DNA of 43,708 bases from a virus (Duplodnaviria > Caudoviricetes), in IMG/VR virus record IMGVR_UViG_3300021066_000028, positions 1 through 43,708 of that record. One strand, given 5' to 3'. A model generated the notes under the pieces. It was not told the origin of the DNA. It ran no database searches and saw only the letters and a list, made by a program, of their open reading frames with translations. Position 1 is the first letter of the stretch. The number at the start of each line of letters is the position of its first letter. Position numbers and translations under genes: made by a program. Shown one piece after another: positions 33,750 through 43,057 of the stretch.

Positions 33750-34421
33750 ATGAGCGACAGGAGAAGAATTTACGAAGCCTATTTGCTTTCCGCACATTGG
33801 GCGAACCTACGCGGGCAATCGTTCGCAATCGCAGGAGGACGCTGCGAGGCATGCTACTCAAAGGAGAAGCTAGTCGGCCATCACATCACCTACCGCGAAC
33901 CGTTGGAATCATGCACGCCAGAGGACATCATGTGCCTCTGCGCTCCGTGTCACGACGGGCTGCATGCATGGCTCGACGAGACGAAGAAAAAGCCGTGGTA
34001 TTTCTCGCGCGAGGCCACAGTGGACAAGATTCGAGAGATGCAGGCTTGCAAGCCGAAGGCGAAGAAGAAAGAGGCGGCTCCGAAGAGCGTCGCGCCAGAG
34101 TTCGAGGAATGGATGAAGGAACTGACCGCGGCCGAGATCGCGGATTACCGGCACTTCTTCGCAAAGTCACCTGCCGGAAACAGCAAGCAGCGCCACAACT
34201 ACGCGCTGAAGCGTGTTCAGAAGATTCACAAACGCCAATTGAAGCATCTCCGCTACAGCGGTAAGAAGCTGGCACCCACTGAATCCATGCGTGCCGTACC
34301 ATCACAGCCCGGTGAAAGCCTGGAACACCGCCTCGCTAAGGTGGAGGCCATTGCGCAGCGTTACGCCGAGCGCATCGCACACCTTGAGCAGGAGATTCAC
34401 CTGCTGAAGAATGCCGCCTGA
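33750..34421 (+). CDS. HNH endonuclease with a long C-terminal extension (223 aa)
   Basis: YEAYLLSAHW..LR....RCEAC....GHHITY....LCAPCHDGLH. Confidence 0.75.
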   Translation: MSDRRRIYEAYLLSAHWANLRGQSFAIAGGRCEACYSKEKLVGHHITYREPLESCTPEDIMCLCAPCHDGLHAWLDETKKKPWYFSREATVDKIREMQACKPKAKKKEAAPKSVAPEFEEWMKELTAAEIADYRHFFAKSPAGNSKQRHNYALKRVQKIHKRQLKHLRYSGKKLAPTESMRAVPSQPGESLEHRLAKVEAIAQRYAERIAHLEQEIHLLKNAA

Positions 34422-34436
34422 ACGATTGTTCCACAT

Positions 34437-34784
34437 ATGAAACCGCCAACACTCATCGGAGTAATCGCCCAAGCGCGCCGACTCCATCAACACTACAGCC
34501 AACCGGACGCGGACACGTCGCAGATTGCGAAAGACCTCAGCGCCCTGATCAAGCAACTCGAAGGTCTCGAAAGCGGACGAGAACTGCTCGCCCGCCAATT
34601 ACAGGACATTGCCGACTTTGAAGAGAGCAACCCGACGGACGCCGCGCTCGCTCGCGAAGCCGTCGGAGAAATGATCCAGGACTTCGCCGCTGAACAGAAG
34701 TCCAAGGCGGCGAAAAAGTCATTCCCCACTGTCCCCGCAACCGGCCGCCCGATCACGCAAGAGGAGATCGACGGGGGGCAATAG
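34437..34784 (+). CDS. Hypothetical protein (115 aa)
   Basis: Helical ORF in the accessory operon. Confidence 0.5.
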   Translation: MKPPTLIGVIAQARRLHQHYSQPDADTSQIAKDLSALIKQLEGLESGRELLARQLQDIADFEESNPTDAALAREAVGEMIQDFAAEQKSKAAKKSFPTVPATGRPITQEEIDGGQ

Positions 34785-34824
34785 CAGCCTCGCCCCACCC
34801 GTGCCGGAAGATTAGGATGACGCC

Positions 34825-35016
34825 ATGTTTCAGTTCGTCACAGTTTACGACTACAAAGAGCCATCGGATTACCCCGATGCTCGTGCGATGAGCACTGATG
34901 ACCTGATTGCCCTCTGGCGAGCGTGGGATGGCGTTTCCCTGCTTCATCCGGTCTCGGCAGAGGCCGCGTGCCACATCCTTTCCGAGCGCGGAATCAATGC
35001 GCTCGATATCGACTGA
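34825..35016 (+). CDS. Hypothetical protein (63 aa)
   Basis: ATG start, globular composition. Confidence 0.45.
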   Translation: MFQFVTVYDYKEPSDYPDARAMSTDDLIALWRAWDGVSLLHPVSAEAACHILSERGINALDID

Positions 35017-35044
35017 CCAGCCCTAACCCCGCGCGCCAATTCGC

Positions 35045-35335
35045 ATGAACGCAAAAGACTGGAACCCGCCTTTCTGGAGAATACTCATTCCATTTCCGCC
35101 GCCCTTCGTATTCGAGAAAATGTCGAAATACCGGGTGGTCTGGCAGATCGCACTTGTGCCGCTGATTGCATTACAGACCGTCGGGATTACCCTCGGAGCT
35201 TGGTTGATCTGCACCATTGGGCTGGTGTTCTTTCCGTTCATTTGGCTTATCGATAAATGCGAAGAATGGGAGCAGCGCCGAGTGAAGCGCCAGCAGCCTC
35301 GCTGGATTCGCCGCATCTTCTTCAAGGCGACGTAA
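35045..35335 (+). CDS. Small membrane protein (96 aa)
   Basis: Long hydrophobic stretch followed by a basic tail. Confidence 0.5.
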   Translation: MNAKDWNPPFWRILIPFPPPFVFEKMSKYRVVWQIALVPLIALQTVGITLGAWLICTIGLVFFPFIWLIDKCEEWEQRRVKRQQPRWIRRIFFKAT

Positions 35336-35339
35336 CTCC

Positions 35340-35555
35340 ATGCCCGACACCTGCATCATCCGCCCGAGACCGACCAAGGACGGCTACGAGATCCAATGCG
35401 GCACGCTGAAGCTCTGGTATCGTTCTTTCGAATACGCGCTCAGCTACGCGACCGACTGTCTCAAGGAGACCGAGATTGTGATTTACGACGCGGATGGAAA
35501 CGAGACCGGACGCATTGCTCCGCGTGGCATCACGCGGCGGCTTGGAGATGGGTGA
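35340..35555 (+). CDS. Small protein, DUF2188-like (71 aa)
   Basis: IRPRP..DGYEI.......ALSYA......EIVIYDADG pattern. Confidence 0.45.
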   Translation: MPDTCIIRPRPTKDGYEIQCGTLKLWYRSFEYALSYATDCLKETEIVIYDADGNETGRIAPRGITRRLGDG

Positions 35556-35843
35556 GGGTCGGCGCCATGGATCAGTTTGGCTCAACCGCGGTATTACGGA
35601 GCGAGTGTCACGGTTGTCACGAGTGTCACAGGCGTCTAATCCGGTTTTTAGATTTTGAGAACGAGCTTACCCATCAGCGCAGTGGAGGGATCCGCGTTTT
35701 TTGAGTTATTCATCGGTGCGATTTTGTTTGCCGCGCACCGTGGTTCTGCTAAGCTTCCGCGAAGTCTTGAATCATCGCGCAGGCTCGCTAGCTCCCACGG
35801 CTGGCGGGCCTGTTGCTTTAGGCGATAACATCGACGCGGTCGC

Positions 35844-36167
35844 TCAGGCGTAGAATCCGCGAACTCGCAAACCGCGAATCTTCGCCCCGGCCGCTTTGAT
35901 CTGACGGAGAACCGTGTGCCAGTGAACGCCGCAGGAGCGGCCAATACTGCGGACGCTCTCGCCAGCCTCGTAGCGTTTCTTCCACTCCGGCGCACGTTCG
36001 ACCATTGATGGTGCTCCTGGGCGCAGCTTCACGCCGAACGCCCCAAGGTGCTTCAGCACGGTTGATCTCGCCCTCCCATCCGCCCGAGCGATCGCCATCG
36101 CGGTCTGTCCGGATTGGAACTGTTGCAGCCAGGCCAAAGCCTGAGCGGGAGGAATGCGGGGGCGCAT
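35844..36167 (-). CDS. Tandem HTH DNA-binding protein (107 aa)
   Basis: Two repeats: FQSGQTAMAIARADGRARSTVLKHL..GV.LR and YEAGESVRSIGRSCGVHWHTVLRQI..G..IR. Confidence 0.7.
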   Translation of the reverse strand: MRPRIPPAQALAWLQQFQSGQTAMAIARADGRARSTVLKHLGAFGVKLRPGAPSMVERAPEWKKRYEAGESVRSIGRSCGVHWHTVLRQIKAAGAKIRGLRVRGFYA

Positions 36168-36309
36168 GGATGCGGAATAGCACGAGCGGGCCGGTATTCA
36201 AGGACGTTGACAATGAATGATGTTCATGTTTGGGTCTGCATTCATGAATGCGGCTCACGGTCTGTCTTCCCTCGCACCCAGTGGCATCCAATCATCCGAT
36301 TCAGGGGGT

Positions 36310-36504
36310 ATGCACATCGAAAAACTTACCCCAATTCAGTACAAGATCGTGGAGCAGATCGTCGAAGCCATCGACCATCTTGGCGGAAAGAACGACCTCA
36401 CGGTGGCCCTGACCTCTTGGGGCGACACACTTCCGGAGAAGGATGTTCTCCAGATGCTTACCGAGTGGAATGAGGCTGCTAAAAATCAACCTGCTCTACG
36501 ATAA
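36310..36504 (+). CDS. Hypothetical protein (64 aa)
   Basis: AGGGGG RBS-like sequence before ATG 36310. Confidence 0.5.
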   Translation: MHIEKLTPIQYKIVEQIVEAIDHLGGKNDLTVALTSWGDTLPEKDVLQMLTEWNEAAKNQPALR

Positions 36505-36799
36505 CATCGATGCAGGTGCTTTGCTGAGAATGATTTTCCCAAGTGTGCCACTCGCCATCCTGGACGACCACGTCTGACAATGCGGAGAGGAAAAGGCAGC
36601 GCCAATTGTTTCTGCCATCCTGAGTGATCGGTCCCTTGCTCGACATCCCACCAAACTGGAAGAACAACGCTCGTTCGGTGCCGTCTTTGTAACCGAGAGC
36701 GTGCGGGCACAGCTCGCGCCGCAGGTTGTCGTAGGTCGCAATGACTTGCTGCCGATTGCGGATCGCGTTGCGGATGATCTCGAATAGGGGACTTGGCAT
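36479..36799 (-). CDS. Stand-alone WYL-like domain protein (106 aa)
   Basis: IRNAIRNRQQVIATY...RRELCPHALG......QFGG.S....WRCLFL..LSDV. Confidence 0.6.
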   Translation of the reverse strand: MPSPLFEIIRNAIRNRQQVIATYDNLRRELCPHALGYKDGTERALFFQFGGMSSKGPITQDGRNNWRCLFLSALSDVVVQDGEWHTWENHSQQSTCIDVIVEQVDF

Positions 36800-36903
36800 A
36801 CTGCCGCATAAGACACGATCAACAAGAGGTGTAAAGCCCTCCGCGCGCAGGACCCCGCACCCAAATGATTTGACCTTCGGCCTGCGTGCGGTAGAGGCGC
36901 GGT

Positions 36904-37095
36904 ATGCGCCGATTTCTCCGAGACATTCAGCGCTGGATCATGACAGACACGCTCCACTTCTGCGGCACTGCCGCTATCGTGATTGCTGTTATTGTGGGAT
37001 TCACATTCTGCGATGTCCCACGGCAAAACTTAACGCCGCGCCAAAAAGAAAAACTTGAGGAAAACCTGTATCTCCAGGGGAAATACGGTCACTGA
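36904..37095 (+). CDS. Small membrane protein (63 aa)
   Basis: Single TM segment; convergent with the virion operon. Confidence 0.4.
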   Translation: MRRFLRDIQRWIMTDTLHFCGTAAIVIAVIVGFTFCDVPRQNLTPRQKEKLEENLYLQGKYGH

Positions 37096-40000
37096 TCAGC
37101 CTTTGCCGCGATCTCTTCCCGACGCTGCATTAGTCTGCGTGCCGTAGCTTGGTATTGCTCGACAGCCCGTTCCTTTACCGCCGGAGCGGCGTCTGTGTTT
37201 GTGACGCGGCGCAGAATTCTTCGAGCCTCGGAAAACTCCCTCTCATTTTCTCCCAGCGCCCTACGAATGAGGCTCTTTTTCGATACCTCCATGACGGAGT
37301 CTCCCAAAAGACCGCGGATTGCAGTCCCCGGTGTTTCGCGGCGCCCAGTGCTCGGGTTTGTGATTCCAAGCGACCCATCTTCGTTCGGCGTGAATGCGTC
37401 AATGAGCTGCTGTCCGCGGTAGTTCGGTCCGACAACACCAGGAATGCCAGGGAACCAATTCGGCAGTGCTTGTTTTAGGATTGGACGCGTGTATCGGTCG
37501 ATGCCGGTGTTCTCGCGACCGCTGTAGGTATCTCGCCCCTGCACAAGCTCAGAGATCATGTTAAGCGCCGGCGAGCTCTGCATTGATGCAACGGGGTTGC
37601 GGTCAGCGGCCGCCTCAAAATCGCCAGATAGTAGGTTTTTGGCGAACACCGTGAAGTCGCCAGCCGGAAGCCACGGCGCAAGGTTTCGGAGCCGCATACG
37701 CCCTGTCTCTTTGTCATAGTCCACCGGAGAATTAATCCTCGCGCGCAGCTGCGGTGGAAGCATCTCTAGGATTTCGTTCAGCGCCTTTCGCCCCTCTTCA
37801 TCCAAGTTCACCTCCGCGGTGGCGCTCTTGATCACGCCACCGAGACCGAACAGAGAAAGCAGCGCAACAGTGGACGGAATCCGCCGCCCGTTCTCGTTCG
37901 TCACCACATCCTGGGCGAGGTTTTTAATGATCCGCGTAAGTTCAGCGGAGTACGTCAGGAAGGGCGAGAACAACGGGATGTTTCGAGCCACGCCAACGAG
38001 TTGTGCCACGTTGCTGTAATTCATCGTGTACCGATTAGTCGCCTCGATCGCGTATCGCCGCGCTTCCGGCATCGGCATCCTCTTGGCGATACCTTCCTCG
38101 AGGAACTTCACGTAGGTTGCTCCGCGAACGTATTGGTCCGGCTTTCCGTATCCGGCCTTCACCTTGTCGTGGATTGCGCCGGGAATCCTACGCCACCACG
38201 GCTTGAGCAACTGGTCAAAGTTGTCGGCTTGTCGACGAAACTCCCCTGCCCCGAAGTGGGCGTCTAGAATTCCATCTTCGCGGGCCATCCTCATCCATGT
38301 TGGGCTCGTCTTGAGCTTACGATAGTTCTTCACCAGGGAGACCGGGTCAACGCCCGCGCTCACTGCTTGCAGCGCGGTCTGCGCGTAGTTTCTCAACCAG
38401 GAACCCGGATTGTATAGCGTCATCGACGCCTTCGGCATCCGATTGAGTTTCGCCATCGTTCCAAGGATGCCATCCTCCCAATCGATTCCGGCGTGACCTG
38501 GACCAGCGCGAAGTGCATCGAGAACTTGGCGCTGCACGAACATCGGCTGTCCGTCCTTAATTCCTGCGACTTCACCGAGTCCGCCTACGCCTTGTCCGGA
38601 CGGCGCTCGGGTGTAGCCCTGAAGCTCTTTGAGCTTCGCACTATCGCCCGCTGCTTCAGCAGCATCGTGCGCTGCCTTCCACTCAGCCTCCGTCATGGCG
38701 AACCTGGCACCCTTGCTGTCGGGCAGCTTCATAATGTCGCCAATCGCTTTCGCGGTGACGGCAGACTTCGCCAGTTTCGCCACGGATAGAATCTCGCGCT
38801 CGAATGGATCCTCGATCTCGCCAAGAATCTTCTTAACTGCCGGAGAAAGAAGCTTCCGCTCCTTGTAGAGGGATTGCGAGATGCGCGACTTTCCTTCGTT
38901 CGCCATGCGCGAAAAATCGCCATCGAAAGCCGCGACTTCCTTCAGCCAATCTTCCGCATCCTTGCGCACAAGGGCTTCGTCTGAATTGGCCATGATGCGG
39001 CCGCCCATGCGCTCCTGAACAACGCGATCCAGCAGCTTGCGATCTGGTCGCCACTTCTCGGGCTGAACGTAAGCGCGGTACTGTTGTGTTTGCCACAACC
39101 CTAGGCTGTCGTTGATCAGCTTGATCTTCTCCGGATCCCGCTCCCCGGAAGCGACAACCTTCTGCAGTTCGCTCTTGATCCCACTCGCCTTCACGAGCGC
39201 GTCTTTGACGTTCTCCGGCAGAGGGGATGCGCGCAACATGAGTTCCGCACCAGGGCTGCGGTCGGACTTAAGGTAGGAGTCCACAAACGATCGCTTGATC
39301 GGGTCGAGCGAAGCTACATTGGCGGCGGCGCTTTTGAGTGCTGCCGCTGTGTCGGAAGTCAGCGTTTCGACCGTGCCGCGCGACTGCTCAAGAATGGTGT
39401 CGAGGCGGGTGTCGCGACCAAGCTTCGCGTTCTTTTCGAGAAAGCGGACCATCCCGCCAAGCGGCGTGCGATCCCCGATCATTTGCGCACGCGCTGCCTC
39501 TTCCGCCTTAGGGGCGAGTCGCATCAACGATCGACCTCCTTTTAGTGTGCCCGCGCCGATGGCTGCGCCAAGGAGCGCGCCACGGGCTGGGTTATCGTCG
39601 TCTGATACTCCTCCAATCCCCGCCCCGGCGAGCGTTGAGCCAAGATACTGCACGGGCACTGTCGACGCAGCGCCAGCTTCCGATTTACGAAGCGGTCGAA
39701 GTTTGCGAGGCTGTATCGATGTTTCGGGTGAGAGAGCGATCGAATCAGGCACTTGCCCTGCTGGCGTTACCACTCCTTGTGCTGTGGGGACTGTGGCGTT
39801 TGGTGATATGGATTCCGCAGGCGATAGGAGACGCCTGGTGGCGACGGAAGAATCGAGCAAGCGCCGCGGTGGATTCCAGCCCGGCACATATCCACTCAGC
39901 CCGGCAAAAACATCCCCCTCGGCGGCAGGAATCGTAGCCGTGTTATCCGGAGTCACTGACTCCATACGGAATCGGCGAGGAGATGGAGGGGAAAAGCTTG

Positions 40001-40907
40001 AGAAAGCCGCCTCGGGATCAACCACGCTGGATTGCGAAGGAGCTGCCGAAGAAGCGCCAGTGACCGGATACTGGACCTCTCCCTTGAACTCAGCTCGGCC
40101 AGAGGGAGTCTCGATCGTGGTTGTGAACGTCCCGTCTCCGTTATCGACGGAATCGATTACTCGCCAATTCTCTGGAATCTTCGGGGCTTCCTGCTGAATA
40201 GCCTGAGCCGGCTCTTTTCTGCGGAGTAGCTTGCGCCCTGTGACGCCAAACACTTCCTGCGCGGCTGGGAGCGCGCTCATCACGCCGATTTGCGTCAATG
40301 CCTCCTTCGACGTGAGGTCGCGTCCGCGGGCTGCTTGGCCAGCGGTGGCGATGGAGGCACCCGCAGCGACGTTGGCTGCACCGCGCATGAATGGCCGCAG
40401 CGGGGCTGCCATTTGACCAACCGCACCGAGAGCCCCGAACTCGGCAGCCTGGGCGGCAGACTCCCCTCCAGAATGACGGGCGCCAGACATAGCCCCAAGC
40501 GCAGTATCGCCCGCGATCGTGGCACCGCGCGCTCCTAGGCCTGCGAGTCTTGCGCCACCTCGAAGTAATCCACCGCCACCCAGGAGAGTTGGGATTTCCG
40601 GTGCGATACCTTCTAGGAGAATATCAGTAGCAACATCTCCGCCGGTCGTTGGAGCGCCTACCTCAAAAGTCGTGTAATCGCTTGGCGAAGTATTTCCAGA
40701 TTCAACGCCAAGCAAAGAAAGCCCTCGCTCTGGAAGCGATGCGAGAGTGTCCGCAGCAACCCCTAGTATGCGAGCTGGTAAATTGCCGCCCTGGCGAAGT
40801 AGTCGCCGCCCTCCAGTAATGTTTTCAGTAGGCTCTGCGCTGGGCGCCTTCGGCGTGGCGAACTTATGCCGAAGTTCCGCCAACCGCATTCTCTCTTCGA
40901 GCGTCAT
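37089..40907 (-). CDS. Large internal virion/DNA-ejection protein (1272 aa)
   Basis: Gly/Ala-rich N-terminus, helical C-terminus with TMNYS..PLFSPFLTY; last of three consecutive ejection-like genes. Confidence 0.65.
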   Translation of the reverse strand: MTLEERMRLAELRHKFATPKAPSAEPTENITGGRRLLRQGGNLPARILGVAADTLASLPERGLSLLGVESGNTSPSDYTTFEVGAPTTGGDVATDILLEGIAPEIPTLLGGGGLLRGGARLAGLGARGATIAGDTALGAMSGARHSGGESAAQAAEFGALGAVGQMAAPLRPFMRGAANVAAGASIATAGQAARGRDLTSKEALTQIGVMSALPAAQEVFGVTGRKLLRRKEPAQAIQQEAPKIPENWRVIDSVDNGDGTFTTTIETPSGRAEFKGEVQYPVTGASSAAPSQSSVVDPEAAFSSFSPPSPRRFRMESVTPDNTATIPAAEGDVFAGLSGYVPGWNPPRRLLDSSVATRRLLSPAESISPNATVPTAQGVVTPAGQVPDSIALSPETSIQPRKLRPLRKSEAGAASTVPVQYLGSTLAGAGIGGVSDDDNPARGALLGAAIGAGTLKGGRSLMRLAPKAEEAARAQMIGDRTPLGGMVRFLEKNAKLGRDTRLDTILEQSRGTVETLTSDTAAALKSAAANVASLDPIKRSFVDSYLKSDRSPGAELMLRASPLPENVKDALVKASGIKSELQKVVASGERDPEKIKLINDSLGLWQTQQYRAYVQPEKWRPDRKLLDRVVQERMGGRIMANSDEALVRKDAEDWLKEVAAFDGDFSRMANEGKSRISQSLYKERKLLSPAVKKILGEIEDPFEREILSVAKLAKSAVTAKAIGDIMKLPDSKGARFAMTEAEWKAAHDAAEAAGDSAKLKELQGYTRAPSGQGVGGLGEVAGIKDGQPMFVQRQVLDALRAGPGHAGIDWEDGILGTMAKLNRMPKASMTLYNPGSWLRNYAQTALQAVSAGVDPVSLVKNYRKLKTSPTWMRMAREDGILDAHFGAGEFRRQADNFDQLLKPWWRRIPGAIHDKVKAGYGKPDQYVRGATYVKFLEEGIAKRMPMPEARRYAIEATNRYTMNYSNVAQLVGVARNIPLFSPFLTYSAELTRIIKNLAQDVVTNENGRRIPSTVALLSLFGLGGVIKSATAEVNLDEEGRKALNEILEMLPPQLRARINSPVDYDKETGRMRLRNLAPWLPAGDFTVFAKNLLSGDFEAAADRNPVASMQSSPALNMISELVQGRDTYSGRENTGIDRYTRPILKQALPNWFPGIPGVVGPNYRGQQLIDAFTPNEDGSLGITNPSTGRRETPGTAIRGLLGDSVMEVSKKSLIRRALGENEREFSEARRILRRVTNTDAAPAVKERAVEQYQATARRLMQRREEIAAKADQ

Positions 40908-41911
40908 AGTCCGAGCGCGGCCCGTTTCTCAAGCGCCTGCCATTCGGCGTAATCTGGCGTTGGCTCGTAGCCTTGGGGATTTCCTCCAAGCGCAAACTGC
41001 GTGGCCCCAAGCGCAGTATTTGCGGCTTCTCCCGCGCCGCGCTGCATGCTCATCTGCATGGCGGCTTGCCTCGCCATGCGTTGGCGCTCCATGTCGTCAT
41101 GCGTTCTGAAGCCCCACTGTAGAGCCATGAGATCGCGCATACGGTTGCGAGCTTCCGCCGGCAATGGAATCTGTTGCGCTGGCTGCTGGATTGGCATGCC
41201 AGTGGTGGGATTCACTCGCGTGGTGCCCGGGATATGCACCACTTGAGCGACCGGGTCATAGCCCGATTTTCGATCAGCATTGAAATCGCTGGCCGCGAAG
41301 ATCGGATTAAATCCATGGCTCGCTTCTACTCCAGCAAGCTGCTGCGCGGCCTGTTTCGCCATTTCCGGCATCTGCCGACGCTGCCGCACGTCCCCCACAG
41401 TCATATTACCGCCGAGTTGATCCGCGAAAAGGTCTTCGTCGAGGTCGACACCGTAGATGTGCCGGTAAAGCTCGCGCTGCTCGTCTTCGGTCAACTGCTG
41501 GAATCTCCGGTCTGCCAAAAGCTTCCGCTCCTTCGTGCCGGCGGCGAGATTGCCCTTCAGGCGATTGAGAAACATGTTCTGCGTTGCCTGTTGAGCGGCA
41601 TCCCGAAGGGCGTTTGGGTTCTCTCCCTCGCGCAGCGGACGCCAAGAGCCGTTATCGAGGACTTCGTTGCCGGCCATCGCGAAGCTCGGAGCCTTCTGCT
41701 GGTATTGCTGCATCATGGCCTGAACGGCTGCCCGGCGATAATCGGGCTCCTGATCCTCGCGCTGCAGTGGCTGCATTGCAGACTGGCGGTTCCAGTCAGC
41801 GATTTGCTGCTGCAGCATGTCCTGTCGCGCCTGCGCGTATGGACTCGGGGCGCCGATGTCGGCAAACCGAGCTGTCATCCGGCCCTCGGAATTGTAAAGG
41901 TCTTCGATCAT
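40904..41911 (-). CDS. Putative internal virion protein (335 aa)
   Basis: Gln/Ala-rich helical ORF, coupled to neighbours. Confidence 0.55.
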   Translation of the reverse strand: MIEDLYNSEGRMTARFADIGAPSPYAQARQDMLQQQIADWNRQSAMQPLQREDQEPDYRRAAVQAMMQQYQQKAPSFAMAGNEVLDNGSWRPLREGENPNALRDAAQQATQNMFLNRLKGNLAAGTKERKLLADRRFQQLTEDEQRELYRHIYGVDLDEDLFADQLGGNMTVGDVRQRRQMPEMAKQAAQQLAGVEASHGFNPIFAASDFNADRKSGYDPVAQVVHIPGTTRVNPTTGMPIQQPAQQIPLPAEARNRMRDLMALQWGFRTHDDMERQRMARQAAMQMSMQRGAGEAANTALGATQFALGGNPQGYEPTPDYAEWQALEKRAALGL

Positions 41912-42645
41912 AGGAGGTTGAGGAGTCGATTCTGGATCGCGCTATTGCGCATGTTCTGCTGCTGCGCGGCATGATACTGAGGCGCCCCGCTCAAGAGGTT
42001 CCCGCGGTTGTCCGCCGTCCAGGAGTAGGACTTTTGCGGCATCTGCATTGCGAGTTGCAGCGCCTGCAGTTGGTTGTTGTGCGCCTGGTTCTGCTTGTTG
42101 AATGCGAGCGTTTGTCCGAACTGGCTGGAGTTCTGTGAAAGCGACCGGTCGAACTGCGACCCCTGCTGAGAAAGGTTGCGATCGAACTGGCTTCCCTGCT
42201 GTTGAAGTTGCGCATTGAACTGCTGCCCCTGCTGCGCCCGATTGAGCGCGGCGTTCTGCCAATCCGCCAGCATGCCCTGCTGGGTTTGACGACGGCCTGC
42301 CATCTCGCCAGCGATGGATGCGCCGAGTTGCGCGCGGCTCCCCGACGCCTGAAGTTTCAGTTGAGCGAGGTTCGCCAGCGATTCCGCCTGCTGACGGTAG
42401 GCCGGCATCATTGCCTGACCCGCGGCAAAGGAGGCTGCCACCTGCCCTCCGGAACGGCGCGCCCGATTCTGCGCTGCCGCAGCCATCGCCCCAGAGCGCG
42501 CCCGGGCGTCGTTCAGCATGAAAGCATTCGCGTTGCCGAACGAGCTTTCGATGCCAGATGTGTCGAATGCCTTGTCGAGTCCGGCGTATTCCGAGGCAAG
42601 CTCGGCCATCAGCGGTGATTTAGAGAGCCAGGATGGAATCGCCAT
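41908..42645 (-). CDS. Putative DNA pilot/ejection protein (245 aa)
   Basis: Gln/Ala-rich with 11-aa QQGSQFDRxLS repeats. Confidence 0.55.
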   Translation of the reverse strand: MAIPSWLSKSPLMAELASEYAGLDKAFDTSGIESSFGNANAFMLNDARARSGAMAAAAQNRARRSGGQVAASFAAGQAMMPAYRQQAESLANLAQLKLQASGSRAQLGASIAGEMAGRRQTQQGMLADWQNAALNRAQQGQQFNAQLQQQGSQFDRNLSQQGSQFDRSLSQNSSQFGQTLAFNKQNQAHNNQLQALQLAMQMPQKSYSWTADNRGNLLSGAPQYHAAQQQNMRNSAIQNRLLNLL

Positions 42646-42676
42646 GTTGGTATTTAACTTGTCTTAAGTGTTCTGT

Positions 42677-43057
42677 CTAGCTTTGGACGAGGTGAATATT
42701 CCGGAATAGAGCGAGCATGCTATTAATCGCTGCCGCGCAGGATGCCGCTGTTGCTGCGCCGCCAGTCGGAACGTCTGCTATGGTCACCACCGAATCCGCC
42801 ATGTGCATCGGGATCGTGACAGCGCGCCGGTTTCCTTGCGCATCCGACATCGCCAACTCGAGAAAATACTGCGGCCCCAGCCGAACCGTTGCATCGGCCT
42901 CTTTCCCGCGCGGAATCGTGTTTCCCTTGATGCCCTGCACCACAGTTCCGCGGTTGAGTTGCGACTCAAGGTCCGCATTCGCCTGCTGGATCTTCGCTGG
43001 CAGATTCTCCGCACGGGTACCGGTGAAGTTCTTCAAGATCGATTTGCCCCGTCTCAT
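42677..43057 (-). CDS. Putative tail/virion protein (126 aa)
   Basis: Start MRRGKS at 43057 in an ATGA overlap with the upstream stop. Confidence 0.5.
   Translation of the reverse strand: MRRGKSILKNFTGTRAENLPAKIQQANADLESQLNRGTVVQGIKGNTIPRGKEADATVRLGPQYFLELAMSDAQGNRRAVTIPMHMADSVVTIADVPTGGAATAASCAAAINSMLALFRNIHLVQS

Noticed and set aside
42120-42235. 33-bp periodic DNA repeats
   Set aside because: Explained by the 11-aa QQGSQFDRxLS protein repeats.
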